A stretch of DNA of 63,868 nt, filler included, from Octopus bimaculoides (taxonomy: Eukaryota), in the NCBI RefSeq assembly GCF_001194135.2. It is 8 parts of 5 records of this genome, joined end to end, with 100 filler letters (N's around TTAATTAATTAA, not from the genome) between each part and the next. Parts side by side here need not be neighbours in the genome. Positions count along the whole stretch, not along the records: positions 43,649 to 54,499 come from NC_068989.1; positions 54,600 to 56,676 come from NC_068981.1; positions 56,777 to 58,954 come from NC_068981.1; positions 59,055 to 61,150 come from NC_068981.1; positions 61,251 to 63,868 come from NC_068981.1; 3 more parts are not named here. One strand, 5' to 3'. Shown here in pieces: positions 52,393 to 63,868 of the stretch (positions are counted from its first letter, which is position 1; every line of letters begins with the position of its first letter). The position numbers and the translations under genes are program-made. The notes under the pieces are model-generated. The model ran no database searches and was not told the DNA's origin. It saw only the letters and a list, made by a program, of their open reading frames with translations.

Positions 52393-53077
52393 NNNNNNNN
52401 NNNNNNNNNNNNNNNNNNNNNNNNNNNNNNNNNNNNNNNNNNNNNNNNNNNNNNNNNNNNNNNNNNNNNNNNNNNNNNNNNNNNNNNNNNNNNNNNNNNN
52501 NNNNNNNNNNNNNNNNNNNNNNNNNNNNNNNNNNNNNNNNNNNNNNNNNNNNNNNNNNNNNNNNNNTGGGTGTGCGTGTTTGTATGGGTGTTGGAATTTT
52601 CTGCATATGTGTCCGCCATGAAATCGGAAAATACAACCGAACACCCACGAGACCATATTTATTATCTTTCCCATTTATATCGATAAGTAGCTGCAAAATT
52701 TCTCAAAACATACACACCGCTGCCCAACAAGAAAGATATCATGAAAAACCAAACGTTGAAATGGAGTTGTATCAGCAAAAACTAAAAGAGCATACAGTTA
52801 GAAAAATGTTGTAATGTCAGCAAAACAAATATTCTAAAATACGTTTATGTAACGTCAAACTTTCTGTTTTCTTTTTACTTATGATCTTGATTTAATCCTA
52901 TTGTCTCTTTCTCCTTGTCGCTTTGTAGAATGATGAAACAAAAATTGATAGAGAATGGAGACACTCATAAAAGAGAAGAACATAGAGTAAAGTATGGTGT
53001 GCTGCCAATTATAGTTGCGACGAACCATAATCGTGCAACAGTCGATTGCGAACTTTTTTAGACTGAAACCATAACTC

Positions 53078-53177
53078 GAAACTGAATAATGATGAATATA
53101 TTACATAATGCAATGTAGACCCTAGTAGAAACTGAATAATGATGGCTATATTACACAATGCAACGTAGCTCCCAATA
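53078..53177. repeat. 50-bp tandem duplication
   Basis: gaaactgaataatgatg..tatattac..aatgcaa.gtag occurs at 53078 and 53128. Confidence 0.9.
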
Positions 53178-54499
53178 GATAAAAAATTATGGGATGGGCA
53201 CGAATTGAAAGTAAATTCAACTTATTATGTCTACTACAGTTCGCTCTACACATGGAGGAAACGACATAGAACTACTTACTTTAGATAACAGAAGTCATTG
53301 GCGCTGAATATCTTCATTTGCATATTAGAACTATTCACCTTTTGTACAGTATGGGTATTTGAATGCGGAGAAATTGCGAATAAGTAGACATGCTCACACT
53401 TGAAGGCAAATAGTTTCGAAACTCTTTATAAAAAGACGCGGAGTGGTTCGAGATTTCACCCACAAAGGGACCAGTAATTTGAACATGGAATCGGTTTACA
53501 TCGCTAGATTTAATATATATTTATCAACCGTATCAATATGAACTTATTTACAGCTTATCCATATGGACGACACTTCAGCTTTTTAGTTAATATATATATA
53601 CTCACACATATACATACACGTAAACGAGTACAGTGCACGCGCGCGCACTCTCTTACACACACACGCAGGCACACACCCACGCAAGCAGACACACACACAC
53701 TCGTACACACACACAAACATATGGATTACTCATCGTAAACATAAATACAGCCGGACCAGTTAATTTATTTCATTTATGGAGTCTTAAATAGACACGCATA
53801 TCGAAATTCATAAATAGAATGCCAGCTTTTTAATATTCTTATATATATTAACACTCAATATATATTTTTTAGTCTTGTTTAAAATAGACATGACTCCAAG
53901 AACAAACACATTACAACATAATTACTAAGAGAAAATCTATGTACTTCTAACGTCTTTTTTAGTTTTTATCTAGGCTACCGACGAATACAAATTTGACAAT
54001 TCTGATTTTCTATTATGAATATCTGTCCTTTTGTATGAAACAAATTGTAGAGCAACATGAGTAATAAAAACTATAATCCATTTTAACATCTAATCTCCTG
54101 CATTTACATAAATATGAGTAAATTTGTTGAACTGTGTTTAATCAGTTAAATCATATACTGAATATTTCTATATAAGTTTTTATATCTACACTAATTTACA
54201 TGAGTAAATTCAAAAATAAAGTATGAAGAAACAACGTTAGAAATCTTTGAAAATTACTCCAATTAAAGGACGAACTCATTCATCCTTTTAGTAAAAATAT
54301 ATGTATATAAGCAATGTTAAAACTCTGAACGAGGTGTTAACAGTAACTGCACGATAAAGTGAAGTATATTTGCGATTTAAATGTGGCTGACCCCTAAGGG
54401 TGGATGTTACTGTTGCTTTTAGCCCCAGGAGAACATCTCCTCCAGCTGGCTTATCGACACATATCTGTGTCCTGTCTATTTTTGCCAAGGGAAGTTATC

Positions 54500-54599
54500 N
54501 NNNNNNNNNNNNNNNNNNNNNNNNNNNNNNNNNNNNNNNNNNNTTAATTAATTAANNNNNNNNNNNNNNNNNNNNNNNNNNNNNNNNNNNNNNNNNNNN
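54500..54599. other. Assembly spacer N44-TTAATTAATTAA-N44
   Basis: Same 100-bp structure. Confidence 0.95.
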
Positions 54600-54990
54600 G
54601 TGGAATCTGAAGACGAAAACAATACCTATTGTCATAGGTGCCCTGGGAATGACAGCGAAACGGGCTGATTACTACCTAGCTCAGATACCAGGAAACCCCA
54701 AAATGGCTGAAGTTCAAAAAATAGTGCTCATGGGAACTGTCCATATCCTACGTAAAATACTGTCTATGTGATCTCAAATTTTAAAGCAAACACATAATTT
54801 TCTTATGGTTTCTTAAACATTCTCTAGAACAACACTGTACAAATCCAAATATATGGTACCATAGACATAACACCTACATGAACTTCTAACTTGTTGTCTC
54901 TTGAGGTCTCTGGGTGAGACTTGGATCCAACTTGTACAAATGCAAAGCAAAAGTCAAACATAAAATAATAATAATAATAATAATAATAAC
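54600..54990 (+). mobile_element. R4/Dong-like non-LTR retrotransposon 3' end (copy 1)
   Basis: Uninterrupted WNLKTKTIPIVIGALGMTAKRADYYLAQIPGNPKMAEVQKIVLMGTVHILRKILSM* (54601-54771), typical of the C-terminus of the restriction-like endonuclease domain, then a 3' UTR and (TAA)n. Confidence 0.85.
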
Positions 54991-55013
54991 AACATCAACA
55001 ACAATAATAATAA

Positions 55014-56500
55014 TGGCCACTCTCCAAAAAGGGAAATCGAAGACAAAGAACTTGAGCAAGAAAAAACTTACAAAACTCGGAATAAATGCGGGCTCTGGCA
55101 TTCAGCATGCAAACATAAACGAAATGATCAGAAATGAATGGTACAAGAGAGTTGGAGCAGTCCTAAAATCCGAGTTGAAATGCACGTAACAAGGTGTTAA
55201 CAATACATTTCTTAGCAGTTACAGTTGTTATTTATAGTTTAAATGTGTTGAACTCAATATCAGCGAAATAAAGATAACTGACAGAAAAATCTGCAAGATG
55301 TTGATGTGTAATAAAATGCACCACCCAAATGCAAATGTGCATCGTTATTATCTTTCTGAGAGACCAAGGAGGTGGAAGCATGATCTGATTTGAAATATTT
55401 TACAAAACCAGCGCCATCGAAGACCTAACGACTGAATACTAAAACTCGTTATACCAAGGTTGAACATGATTGAAATGCGACAACGGTTGTAGCAAAGAAG
55501 GTTAAATCAATGACAAAGAAAAAAGTGTGTGAATAATTGGCTGATTGGCGGGGACAAAATCCTCTACATGACAAATATGTGGCCCGTAGCAAATAACCTG
55601 ATGTAGACCATAAGAACACCCATCAATGGCTACGTAGCTCGGTCTATCGGCAGAGAGCGAAATCTTTATCTTAGCTGTTCAAGATCAGAGTTTCTTGACC
55701 CGAAACTACCAAGCCAATGTGATGAAATGGAGAAGTGCCGATACTGCGACAATATGATGGAAGCACTTAATCTCTGGGTGTAAAGTTTGATCACCTATAG
55801 GGTATAAATCAAGACATGACAGAATTGGCCAATATTTACACTGGTTAATATGTCGGTATTATAAAATCAAAACCGCTGATAAATGGTGCAAGCACAACGC
55901 TGAGGCTGAAAAGTAGGGAGAAAATATAACGATTGTGTAGGAATTTCCAGTATTTGCAGACAGGACCATCAAAGCTAATAAATCAAATATTGCGAAAGAC
56001 AAAAACAATAAAGTCTGTTTATTGATTATAATACCTCGGCAAAATAAATTCATAAGCTCAGAAAATATGAAGATTTCCTGATCGAAATCGAAGCAAATGT
56101 GGCACCTCAAGACGGCTAGAAAATCCAGTGATTGTAGGAGAATTTAGACTGATCAAAAAGGGAACTGAAAGTTATTTGAAGGTGTTCATTGGCATATCAT
56201 CCTTGTAAAAAATGCAAACGCTTGTTTTAACTGGTATGTCACAGGTAGTGAGAAGAGCATTGCTGCTCGGAATTTACTTTCATTTTCCCCCTTAATTTTC
56301 TTTCTTGCGTTTATTATTTTTTTCTTTTTTCCTTTTTTTCTCCTTTTTCCTTCCCTTTTTTCTATCACATGACTCTATAAATGCAAAATCTGGTGTGATT
56401 ATTTGAATGTTCTGTCGATGTAGACACTGAGTTTATTTGCCCTGGGTGTGAGGAAGACCCTCGGTAAGAGATAGAAAAAAAATGGAAAGACAATGGTTAA
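55014..56500 (+). mobile_element. R4/Dong-like non-LTR retrotransposon, 5'-truncated and degenerate (copy 2)
   Basis: Frameshifted RT thumb (TYK.LGI..KRVGAVLKSELN..HHPNANVHR), THQWLRS, CCHC region KCRYC..LISGCKV..YKSRHDRIGQYLHW, endonuclease DRTIKANK..MWHLKT, then a 3' UTR and TAA repeats. Confidence 0.9.
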
Positions 56501-56564
56501 TAATGATGATGATAATAATAATAATTATTATTTTTACTTCTTTATTGCCCACAAGGGGATAAAC

Positions 56565-56676
<112 letters not shown>

Positions 56677-56776
56677 NNNNNNNNNNNNNNNNNNNNNNNN
56701 NNNNNNNNNNNNNNNNNNNNTTAATTAATTAANNNNNNNNNNNNNNNNNNNNNNNNNNNNNNNNNNNNNNNNNNNN
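56677..56776. other. Assembly spacer N44-TTAATTAATTAA-N44
   Basis: Same 100-bp structure. Confidence 0.95.
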
Positions 56777-57333
56777 ATATATTTATATACATATATATAT
56801 ATATGTACGTATGTCTATAATATCCCGGAATCCCTGCATGCAGGCTGTTGCATGTTTATAGTTGTAGACTCTGAACTGCTAAGAGCAGGCTCGGTGAAAG
56901 TATCTACATATTCCAGTCCTACGATATTTGTGTATTTGTTCAGAAAATTCAAATTGCCGCCCCAAACATACAAGATATTTAGAAAATTAACATCCGAAAC
57001 CAGCCGTCTTTCGCTTCCAAATTCACATTGTACACAGGCCTAGAGCGCATGCGTAAGTTATTAAAGTTGTGCACATACTTCTAAATCAATCAATCACTCT
57101 TGCCTGGTTTCGCTCTCCTTCTTTCTCCACCCTCTTTCTCTCCACCTCTCGCCCTGTCACTCTCTCTTTCTCTCTCATTATCTCTGTCTCTCTCTTGCTA
57201 TTTCTTTCTCATCCGTTTCCTACGTTTGTGTGTAATATACATACATACACACCTATATATACTTATATATATATATATACGTACATACATGCATGTCTAG
57301 ATATTTATTTAATATATACACGTATATATGTAC

Positions 57334-57368
<35 letters not shown>

Positions 57369-57618
57369 TACATATCTATATATATCTATCTATATATACA
57401 TATATATAAATATTTATACATACAAAACATGCACACACACACATATATACACATAGGTACATTTACATATATATTATTTTATTCTTTTACTGTGGCCATG
57501 CTGGAATGTTTATATATAGCCATAGATAGATAGATAGACAGATAGATAGATGTTTACAAATCCGAAAGCATGTATATATGTATATGTATACGTACAGGTA
57601 CATATTTATGTATATATG

Positions 57619-57690
<72 letters not shown>

Positions 57691-58081
57691 NNNNNNNNNN
57701 NNNNNNNNNNNNNNNNNNNNNNNNNNNNNNNNNNNNNNNNNNNNNNNNNNNNNNNNNNNNNNNNNNNNNNNNNNNNNNNNNNNNNNNNNNNNNNNNNNNN
57801 NNNNNNNNNNNNNNNNNNNNNNNNNNNNNNNNNNNNNNNNNNNNNNNNNNNNNNNNNNNNNNNNNNNNNNNNNNNNNNNNNNNNNNNNNNNNNNNNNNNN
57901 NNNNNNNNNNNNNNNNNNNNNNNNNNNNNNNNNNNNNNNNNNNNNNNNNNNNNNNNNNNNNNNNNNNNNNNNNNNNNNNNNNNNNNNNNNNNNNNNNNNN
58001 NNNNNNNNNNNNNNNNNNNNNNNNNNNNNNNNNNNNNNNNNNNNNNNNNNNNNNNNNNNNNNNNATATTTATGTATATATG

Positions 58082-58128
<47 letters not shown>

Positions 58129-58487
58129 TTGTTTTTATATATATATATATATATATATACATATATATATCCATTTATATAAACATATAAGCATGTGTAT
58201 ATGTATATACAAATATATATAATCTGTATGCGAATGTATGTTTGCGTATGTATGTCAGTGTGTACGTGTGTGTCTGTGTATGTGTGTGTGCTTCTATTTT
58301 CATCTCCTTCCTTTGTTCCGTCCTTCCCTTCTTTCTCTCTTAATTTCTTTCTATCTCTTGTCTTTCCTACAGCTTTAAGCGCCAAATTCTTTTCTGAAAA
58401 ACTACAGAAATAACAGCTTCTTTGCAAATAAAGGGACTCGCATACGTAAACCCATATATACGCAGATAGATACACCTACACACACAT

Positions 58488-58534
<47 letters not shown>

Positions 58535-58631
58535 AAATGTGTGTGTGTGTGTGGAAAGATAGATACGATAGTCATATTGAAACAATCAAACATAGTTACT
58601 CTTATATACATTCCCGCGTTTGTATATGTGT

Positions 58632-58665
<34 letters not shown>

Positions 58666-58907
58666 TAGCATAAATATTTGTATATTCATAGTAGTTTGTT
58701 CATTTATACACTCATACATATACAAGCACGTATATTTACACGTACAAAATATACAATATATAATATATACATATATATATATATACACACACACATGTAT
58801 ACGTATGCACACACACATATATATATACATATATACATACACATATATGCATAGATATATATATATATGCATGCACACATACATATGCATACATTATATA
58901 TAGATAT

Positions 58908-58954
<47 letters not shown>

Positions 58955-59054
58955 NNNNNNNNNNNNNNNNNNNNNNNNNNNNNNNNNNNNNNNNNNNNTT
59001 AATTAATTAANNNNNNNNNNNNNNNNNNNNNNNNNNNNNNNNNNNNNNNNNNNN
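58955..59054. other. Assembly spacer N44-TTAATTAATTAA-N44
   Basis: Same 100-bp structure. Confidence 0.95.
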
Positions 59055-59419
59055 TATATACGTAGATAGATAGATAGATAGATATATAGATATATAGATA
59101 TATATATAGATACAATAGATATGAAGGTCACGTGTGAAATATAATAGTATAAATTGATTAATACATACTTCATAGATGAATGGATGGAAAGTAGTAATCA
59201 ACACTAATACATATCGATCGATAGAAAGAGATATAGGAAATACTGATGTATATATTCAAGTCTAAAGCAACTAAACGTAGCTAAAAGTACCACCAGATAT
59301 TGCCGGCCAACTTATTTAAACGCACGAACATACTGAAACACGCATTTACGAGACTCACACGCTCATACAGACATACGATCATCATCATAAATGCATTTAT
59401 CTTTTATATTCTGTGTGTT

Positions 59420-59600
59420 TCACTCATTAGTTTGCGGCCATGCTGTTGCACCGGTTTGCAGACATTTTAGTCTAAACGAATGATCCATTTTCTTTTGTTT
59501 TAAATGCCTGGTGCTTATTCTACCGGTCGCTTCAGCTGAACAGCTACGTTATGGGAACGAATAACACCAACAAAGCTTGTCAAGCGGTGATGGCACACAC
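59420..59600 (-). mobile_element. SINE family B 3' half (diverged)
   Basis: tttgcggccatgctgttgcacc..cttattctaccggtc..acaccaacaaagcttgtcaagcggtgatgg. Confidence 0.65.
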
Positions 59601-59960
59601 ACACCCAAACACATACACACATATATATGCATATATATATATATATATATATATANNNNNNNNNNNNNNNNNNNNNNNNNNNNNNNNNNNNNNNNNNNNN
59701 NNNNNNNNNNNNNNNNNNNNNNNNNNNNNNNNNNNNNNNNNNNNNNNNNNNNNNNNNNNNNNNNNNNNNNNNNNNNNNNNNNNNNNNNNNNNNNNNNNNN
59801 NNNNNNNNNNNNNNNNNNNNNNNNNNNNNNNNNNNNNNNNNNNNNNNNNNNNNNNNNNNNNNNNNNNNNNNNNNNNNNNNNNNNNNNNNNNNNNNNNNNN
59901 NNNNNNNNNTATACATACATATGTGTGTGCTTGTGTGGGCGTGCATGCGTGTGTGTGTAT

Positions 59961-59999
<39 letters not shown>

Positions 60000-60429
60000 G
60001 AGAGGGAGACTGAGAACAGAGAAAGACTGAGCAAGACAGTTACCGAAGGACGGTACAGGCGTGTATGCGTGGTAAAATCTTTTCTGTAAACGCTTGTGGC
60101 TCCGAGTTCAGCCTCATTTGGGAACATTCGGAAGGAAAAGATAGATACGTAGAGAGATATGGATATGTATCGGTGTGTGCATGACGTGACTTGAGTATAA
60201 TCATGTACAAGGCAGGTAGGTGTGGCACAAAGACGTGCAGATATACAGGGAGCAAACATACAGACAAAATGAATATAGGATTCATAGTTGTATGCATAGA
60301 AGATGGAAGGAAATAATGAATAAACGAAATATTACAACGAAAGATCATTTTAGACACCGACAAATGAAGTCATGCAAAGTGTACAATATATAAATTTATA
60401 TGTACATATCAATATACACAACTCTATAC

Positions 60430-60840
60430 GTGGCTATGTGGTAAGAAGCTTGCTTCCCAATCGCATGGCTTTGGAGTCAGTCCCATTTGGAACCTTCAGC
60501 GAGTGTCTTCTGCTATAACCTCGGGTCGACCAAAGCTTTGTGAAAGTATTTAGCAGACAGAAACTGAAAGAAGCCCGTCGTATGTATGTATGCAGTACGT
60601 ATGCATGTACGTATGTACATACGTATGTATGTGTGTATGTGCACATGTATGTATGTGCATATGTGTGTGCATCTGTATTTGTCCCACCCAGTATCGCTTG
60701 ACACCGATGTTGGTGTGTTTACTTACACGTAACTTCGATTGATAAAATAAGAACTCGGCTTATAAAGATAAGTTGTGGGGTCGATTTGTGCTCCAACATG
60801 GTCGCAGTTAAACGACGGAAACAAGTAAAAGAAAAAAAAG
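60430..60840 (+). mobile_element. SINE family B, full-length, with an internal microsatellite
   Basis: Head gtggtaagaagcttgcttcccaa..cagaaactgaaagaagcccgtcg, (TATG/TG)n at 60581-60670, then tail atcgcttgacaccgatgttggtgtgtttac..tggggtcgatttg..aaacaagtaaaag. Confidence 0.85.
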
Positions 60841-61094
60841 AATTAGAGAATATATATATTTTTTTTCTTTAATTCGAAGAATGAAGGTAAAAATACGTTC
60901 CGTTAAAATAAATTCCATGTATACAATTTTAAATCCTGTTTCAAATACATACAAAGACACATACATAACGTTTGTATGTGTGTATATGTATACATATATG
61001 TGTGTGCGTGTGTGTAGATATATGTGTGTATAAATATATATATATATGTATATATATGTATGTATAAATATATATGTATATATAAATATATGTA

Positions 61095-61150
<56 letters not shown>

Positions 61151-61250
61151 NNNNNNNNNNNNNNNNNNNNNNNNNNNNNNNNNNNNNNNNNNNNTTAATT
61201 AATTAANNNNNNNNNNNNNNNNNNNNNNNNNNNNNNNNNNNNNNNNNNNN
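61151..61250. other. Assembly spacer N44-TTAATTAATTAA-N44 that truncates the CDS
   Basis: Same 100-bp structure. Confidence 0.95.
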
Positions 61251-61982
61251 ATATGCCCATAGAATAGCTCCTACGATATTTGCATAATTGACATACATAC
61301 TATGTTCCATGATATTTCCAGAACAAATCGATTTTGGGTGATAAACATTGCTTCCATTTTTATAGAGTTTACAGCAATAGTTCTCCGCTAATTCTCGATT
61401 TATACCCAATCTTCTGTAAGCTTTAAATGACTCAGGGCTGTTCTTCTTCATGTCCTGAGATAAATTTATTAGAAAACACATGTAACCAGATTCTCCTATT
61501 TTCAATGTATCGATAAATACAATTCTCTTCAATTCGCCGAAAATCAAATATATTAAATCATGTCTCTGAATATTTTGTTTTCCACAATTTATATCGATAT
61601 CAATCCTTGGAGTAGCAATGTAAGCTCCTAGTAAATTCAAAGAGCGCATTGAAAAATCATAATAGAAATTCTTATACGCAATCAAACCATCTGGTTCGTT
61701 TGGAATCCAGGTAAATTGTCTCGCGTTCGCAAAATAATCCATTCGTACAGGATTCAGAAGGTCATCTAGCTTTTTATCGGATAAATGGACTTCAAAATTG
61801 AAAACCTTTTTATCTGATCTTACTAAACGAGATAAAATCATATTGACGTCGGGAGAAATCTTAATTTCACAATTATTTCCAAGTTCCTTCGCTTCTGTGT
61901 TTAATGATATTAGAATGACAATAAAAGTAATCACAAGGAAAAGTGTACCGGTTGCTGTTATTGTCATCTGCATGGCAGCCAT
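61251..61982 (-). CDS. Uncharacterised secretory-pathway, probably membrane, protein (partial, 244 aa): signal peptide, Cys-containing ectodomain, start of a hydrophobic segment
   Basis: 732-nt open frame of complex sequence. Hydrophobic signal TLFLVITFIVILISL with T-E-A|K cleavage site; Cys 38/133/169/203/204/220; sequons N173-L-S and N209-G-S; ends IVGAILWAY at the gap; splice acceptor immediately upstream. Confidence 0.8.
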
Positions 61983-61992
61983 ATTTCGTTTT

Positions 61993-62010
61993 CTGTAAGA
62001 GAAAAATAAG
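61993..62010 (-). promoter_or_regulatory. 3' splice acceptor 10 nt upstream of the ATG
   Basis: Minus strand cttatttttctcttaCAG|aaaacgaaatATG. Confidence 0.65.
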
Positions 62011-62531
62011 ATATATAGAAGTCATAAAATAATGAAGATTCATTTTAGATTCGTTATTTTGTATATATTTGAAATAAAGAGTATTTACTTAAAGTAAATG
62101 AATGAAGAGCAGGAGAACTTGCAGGACGAACATAATAGAACAGTAGTTAAATAGCACATGATTTAAGACATTAATTCAAACGTCGAATGTGCTTGTTTTC
62201 AATTTATTACATTACCTGATGCAAACTTTACATAACGGAGTTATGGAAAATGTGCACACATATGTTTTTGCTTTATAAAGATAATTGGCATAAATGTGAA
62301 TATAATTGGCCTGACGTAAAGAGAAAAAGCAGATGACGGGCGCGTTTGTTGCAGTGGACAGCAAACACAATTTGCTTAATGTTAAATTGTAACAGCCGAT
62401 TCTATTCTGCATTTCTTTCTCGTTGTCTGTAGACAGAAATCAATGGAAGAGTGTGACTCGTAGATGAGAAAGTCAAAGAAAACAATGAAGAGACAATTTG
62501 TGTTCTGTCGAGGCGAACCCAAAACTAACAA

Positions 62532-62900
62532 CTAGATAAAGAGAATGAGAGAAGATTGATTGTAGAATTTGATTCTTTTCTCAAATCTGCGTATTCTCTG
62601 AGATTTTGCTTGAACTTTTTGTTTAAGTGTTTCATTCGCTGACATTAATTCTTCTCTTGTTGAGAGTCTATATTTTCTCACGATCTTCCTGCCTTTTCTT
62701 GGTCTCACACCATTTCCAGAGACTAGCTCAGTTAATATTAAATATCTCCCTTCACAATGATTCAATCTCAGTTTCAATACTCCTCCAGTTTTATTTTATT
62801 TTCGAGTTTGGTATTGTTGGCTTTTTGGGTACTAAACAGCGTCTTTCGATTACCTTAGCAACAGAGTAGATAAAATGTCTACTACTGCTAGCAGCGAACA
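62532..62900 (-). mobile_element. R4/Dong-like retrotransposon ORF N-terminal fragment
   Basis: ..ETLKQKVQAKSQRIRRFEKRIKFYNQ resembles the LKQxxxAKAxRIRRYxxRxxxYxQN motif upstream of the RT in R4-clade ORFs; stops upstream. Confidence 0.65.
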
Positions 62901-63109
62901 ACAGCAACAGTGACCTTGACCTTAAGAAAAATTAAGAAAGCACCGACTTACTCTGTTCTGTATTATTTGTGAATAGAGATGTTGTGTTCGACCAGAGAGA
63001 ATCTATTATTATCACTGTTATTATTATTTTTTTTCCACGTGCATTTGTTATTACATATTTCGGCTATTCAAGGAGAAAATAAGGGTAATTTTGTAGAAAT
63101 TAAAGTTGA

Positions 63110-63334
63110 CTTTTCCAGAGATGTTTTTTTGTTTGTCCAGTTAGAGAAAACAGTTGTATTTTTGCAATAAAAAGGATGCTTGTATTTTTGAATACTCAGG
63201 GAGAAAGGAAAGAAAAGACAAGAAGAGTCAAATTTTCACAGAGAGTTTTAAGATTCACCAAAGAGTGTCATTTGTATGTCCACACAGAAAAAAAGGGATG
63301 TTTACTTTTTCGAATACTCAGGGAGAGAGGAAAG
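63110..63334. repeat. Diverged tandem duplication, about 120-bp period
   Basis: aaaaaggatg..tttt(t/c)gaatactcagggaga(a/g)aggaaag at about 63170 and 63290. Confidence 0.75.
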
Positions 63335-63534
63335 GATGAGTATTCACAACAGTTGTGGATGTTATAGTTTTCTTCTTTTGTTTTCATGTGTGTACACTGA
63401 GCAATTACCATACACACATATTCATACACACACATACAATACACGTTTAATGTTCTTATATACCGTTAATAACACACAGACACACACATACACACACACA
63501 CAGATACACACACACATAGCTGTCTTTCTCACAG

Positions 63535-63680
63535 TTTCTATTCATCAAATTCACTCACGAGGTATTTGTCGACATGTGGTTACAGTAGAAAACACTTGAT
63601 CATGATGCCGTGCACTGGGACTGAACCGGAAACCTTGTGATTGCAAATGAGATTCTTAACCACACAGCCATACTTGTACC
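63535..63680 (-). mobile_element. SINE family B 5' head
   Basis: Minus strand tggctgtgtggttaagaatc..ccggttcagtcccagtgcacggca..aagtgttttctactgta..gtgagtgaatttga. Confidence 0.75.
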
Positions 63681-63868
63681 TAACCAATGTTTTTCCATAA
63701 AACTCACTTCAGTTCCACCAGTTTTGCAGTCTTTGGACTGAGCCATAAGCACTGCCTTAACTTAGTTATTAAAGAAAATACGGCCCATCGTTTATACAAA
63801 AACATAAAAATTCTTAAAATATTTATTGAACATTGTATGAATGTTTATAAAATAAAACAAAGTCATAT

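Noticed and set aside
52620-52690. ATG in a good Kozak context (tccgccATG)
   Set aside because: Only 22 codons, with no splice or promoter support.
61251-61982. Resemblance to Cys-loop or chemotactile receptors (vicinal CC about 30 aa before a TM segment, WxP, similar ectodomain size)
   Set aside because: No C-x13-C loop or FPFD-type motif (C133 and C169 are 35 residues apart); similarity is superficial.

Overview
Animal genomic DNA from a draft scaffold. The SINE families, extreme (TA/CA/TAA/GA)n microsatellite density and AT-richness suggest an octopus (inference from remembered repeat families, not a search). Much of the window is N-gaps, including seven artificial 100-bp N44-TTAATTAATTAA-N44 spacers. 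Nearly all ORFs in the supplied track are microsatellite or gap artefacts. One convincing host coding exon is present: a minus-strand 244-codon ORF at 61982-61251 with a signal peptide, a 6-Cys ectodomain and the start of a hydrophobic segment. It has a strong splice acceptor 10 nt upstream of the ATG and is cut by a gap; I cannot assign it to a family. The rest is a transposon landscape: mariner (DD34D), Tc1 (DD34E), a maT-like relic, MITEs, three R4/Dong-like LINE pieces (two in tandem at TAA repeats), RTE and CR1-like fragments, and about 20 tRNA-derived SINE copies. Less obvious signals are minimal hammerhead-ribozyme motifs of the Penelope type (one with an intact core at 4028-4060), a tRNA-Arg(CCG) relic wedged between two DNA transposons, a structured segment that may be an R4 5' leader, and a dense E-box/CRE/YY1 promoter-like cluster at 49.7-49.9 kb. 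No rRNA, CRISPR or intact tRNA gene was seen.
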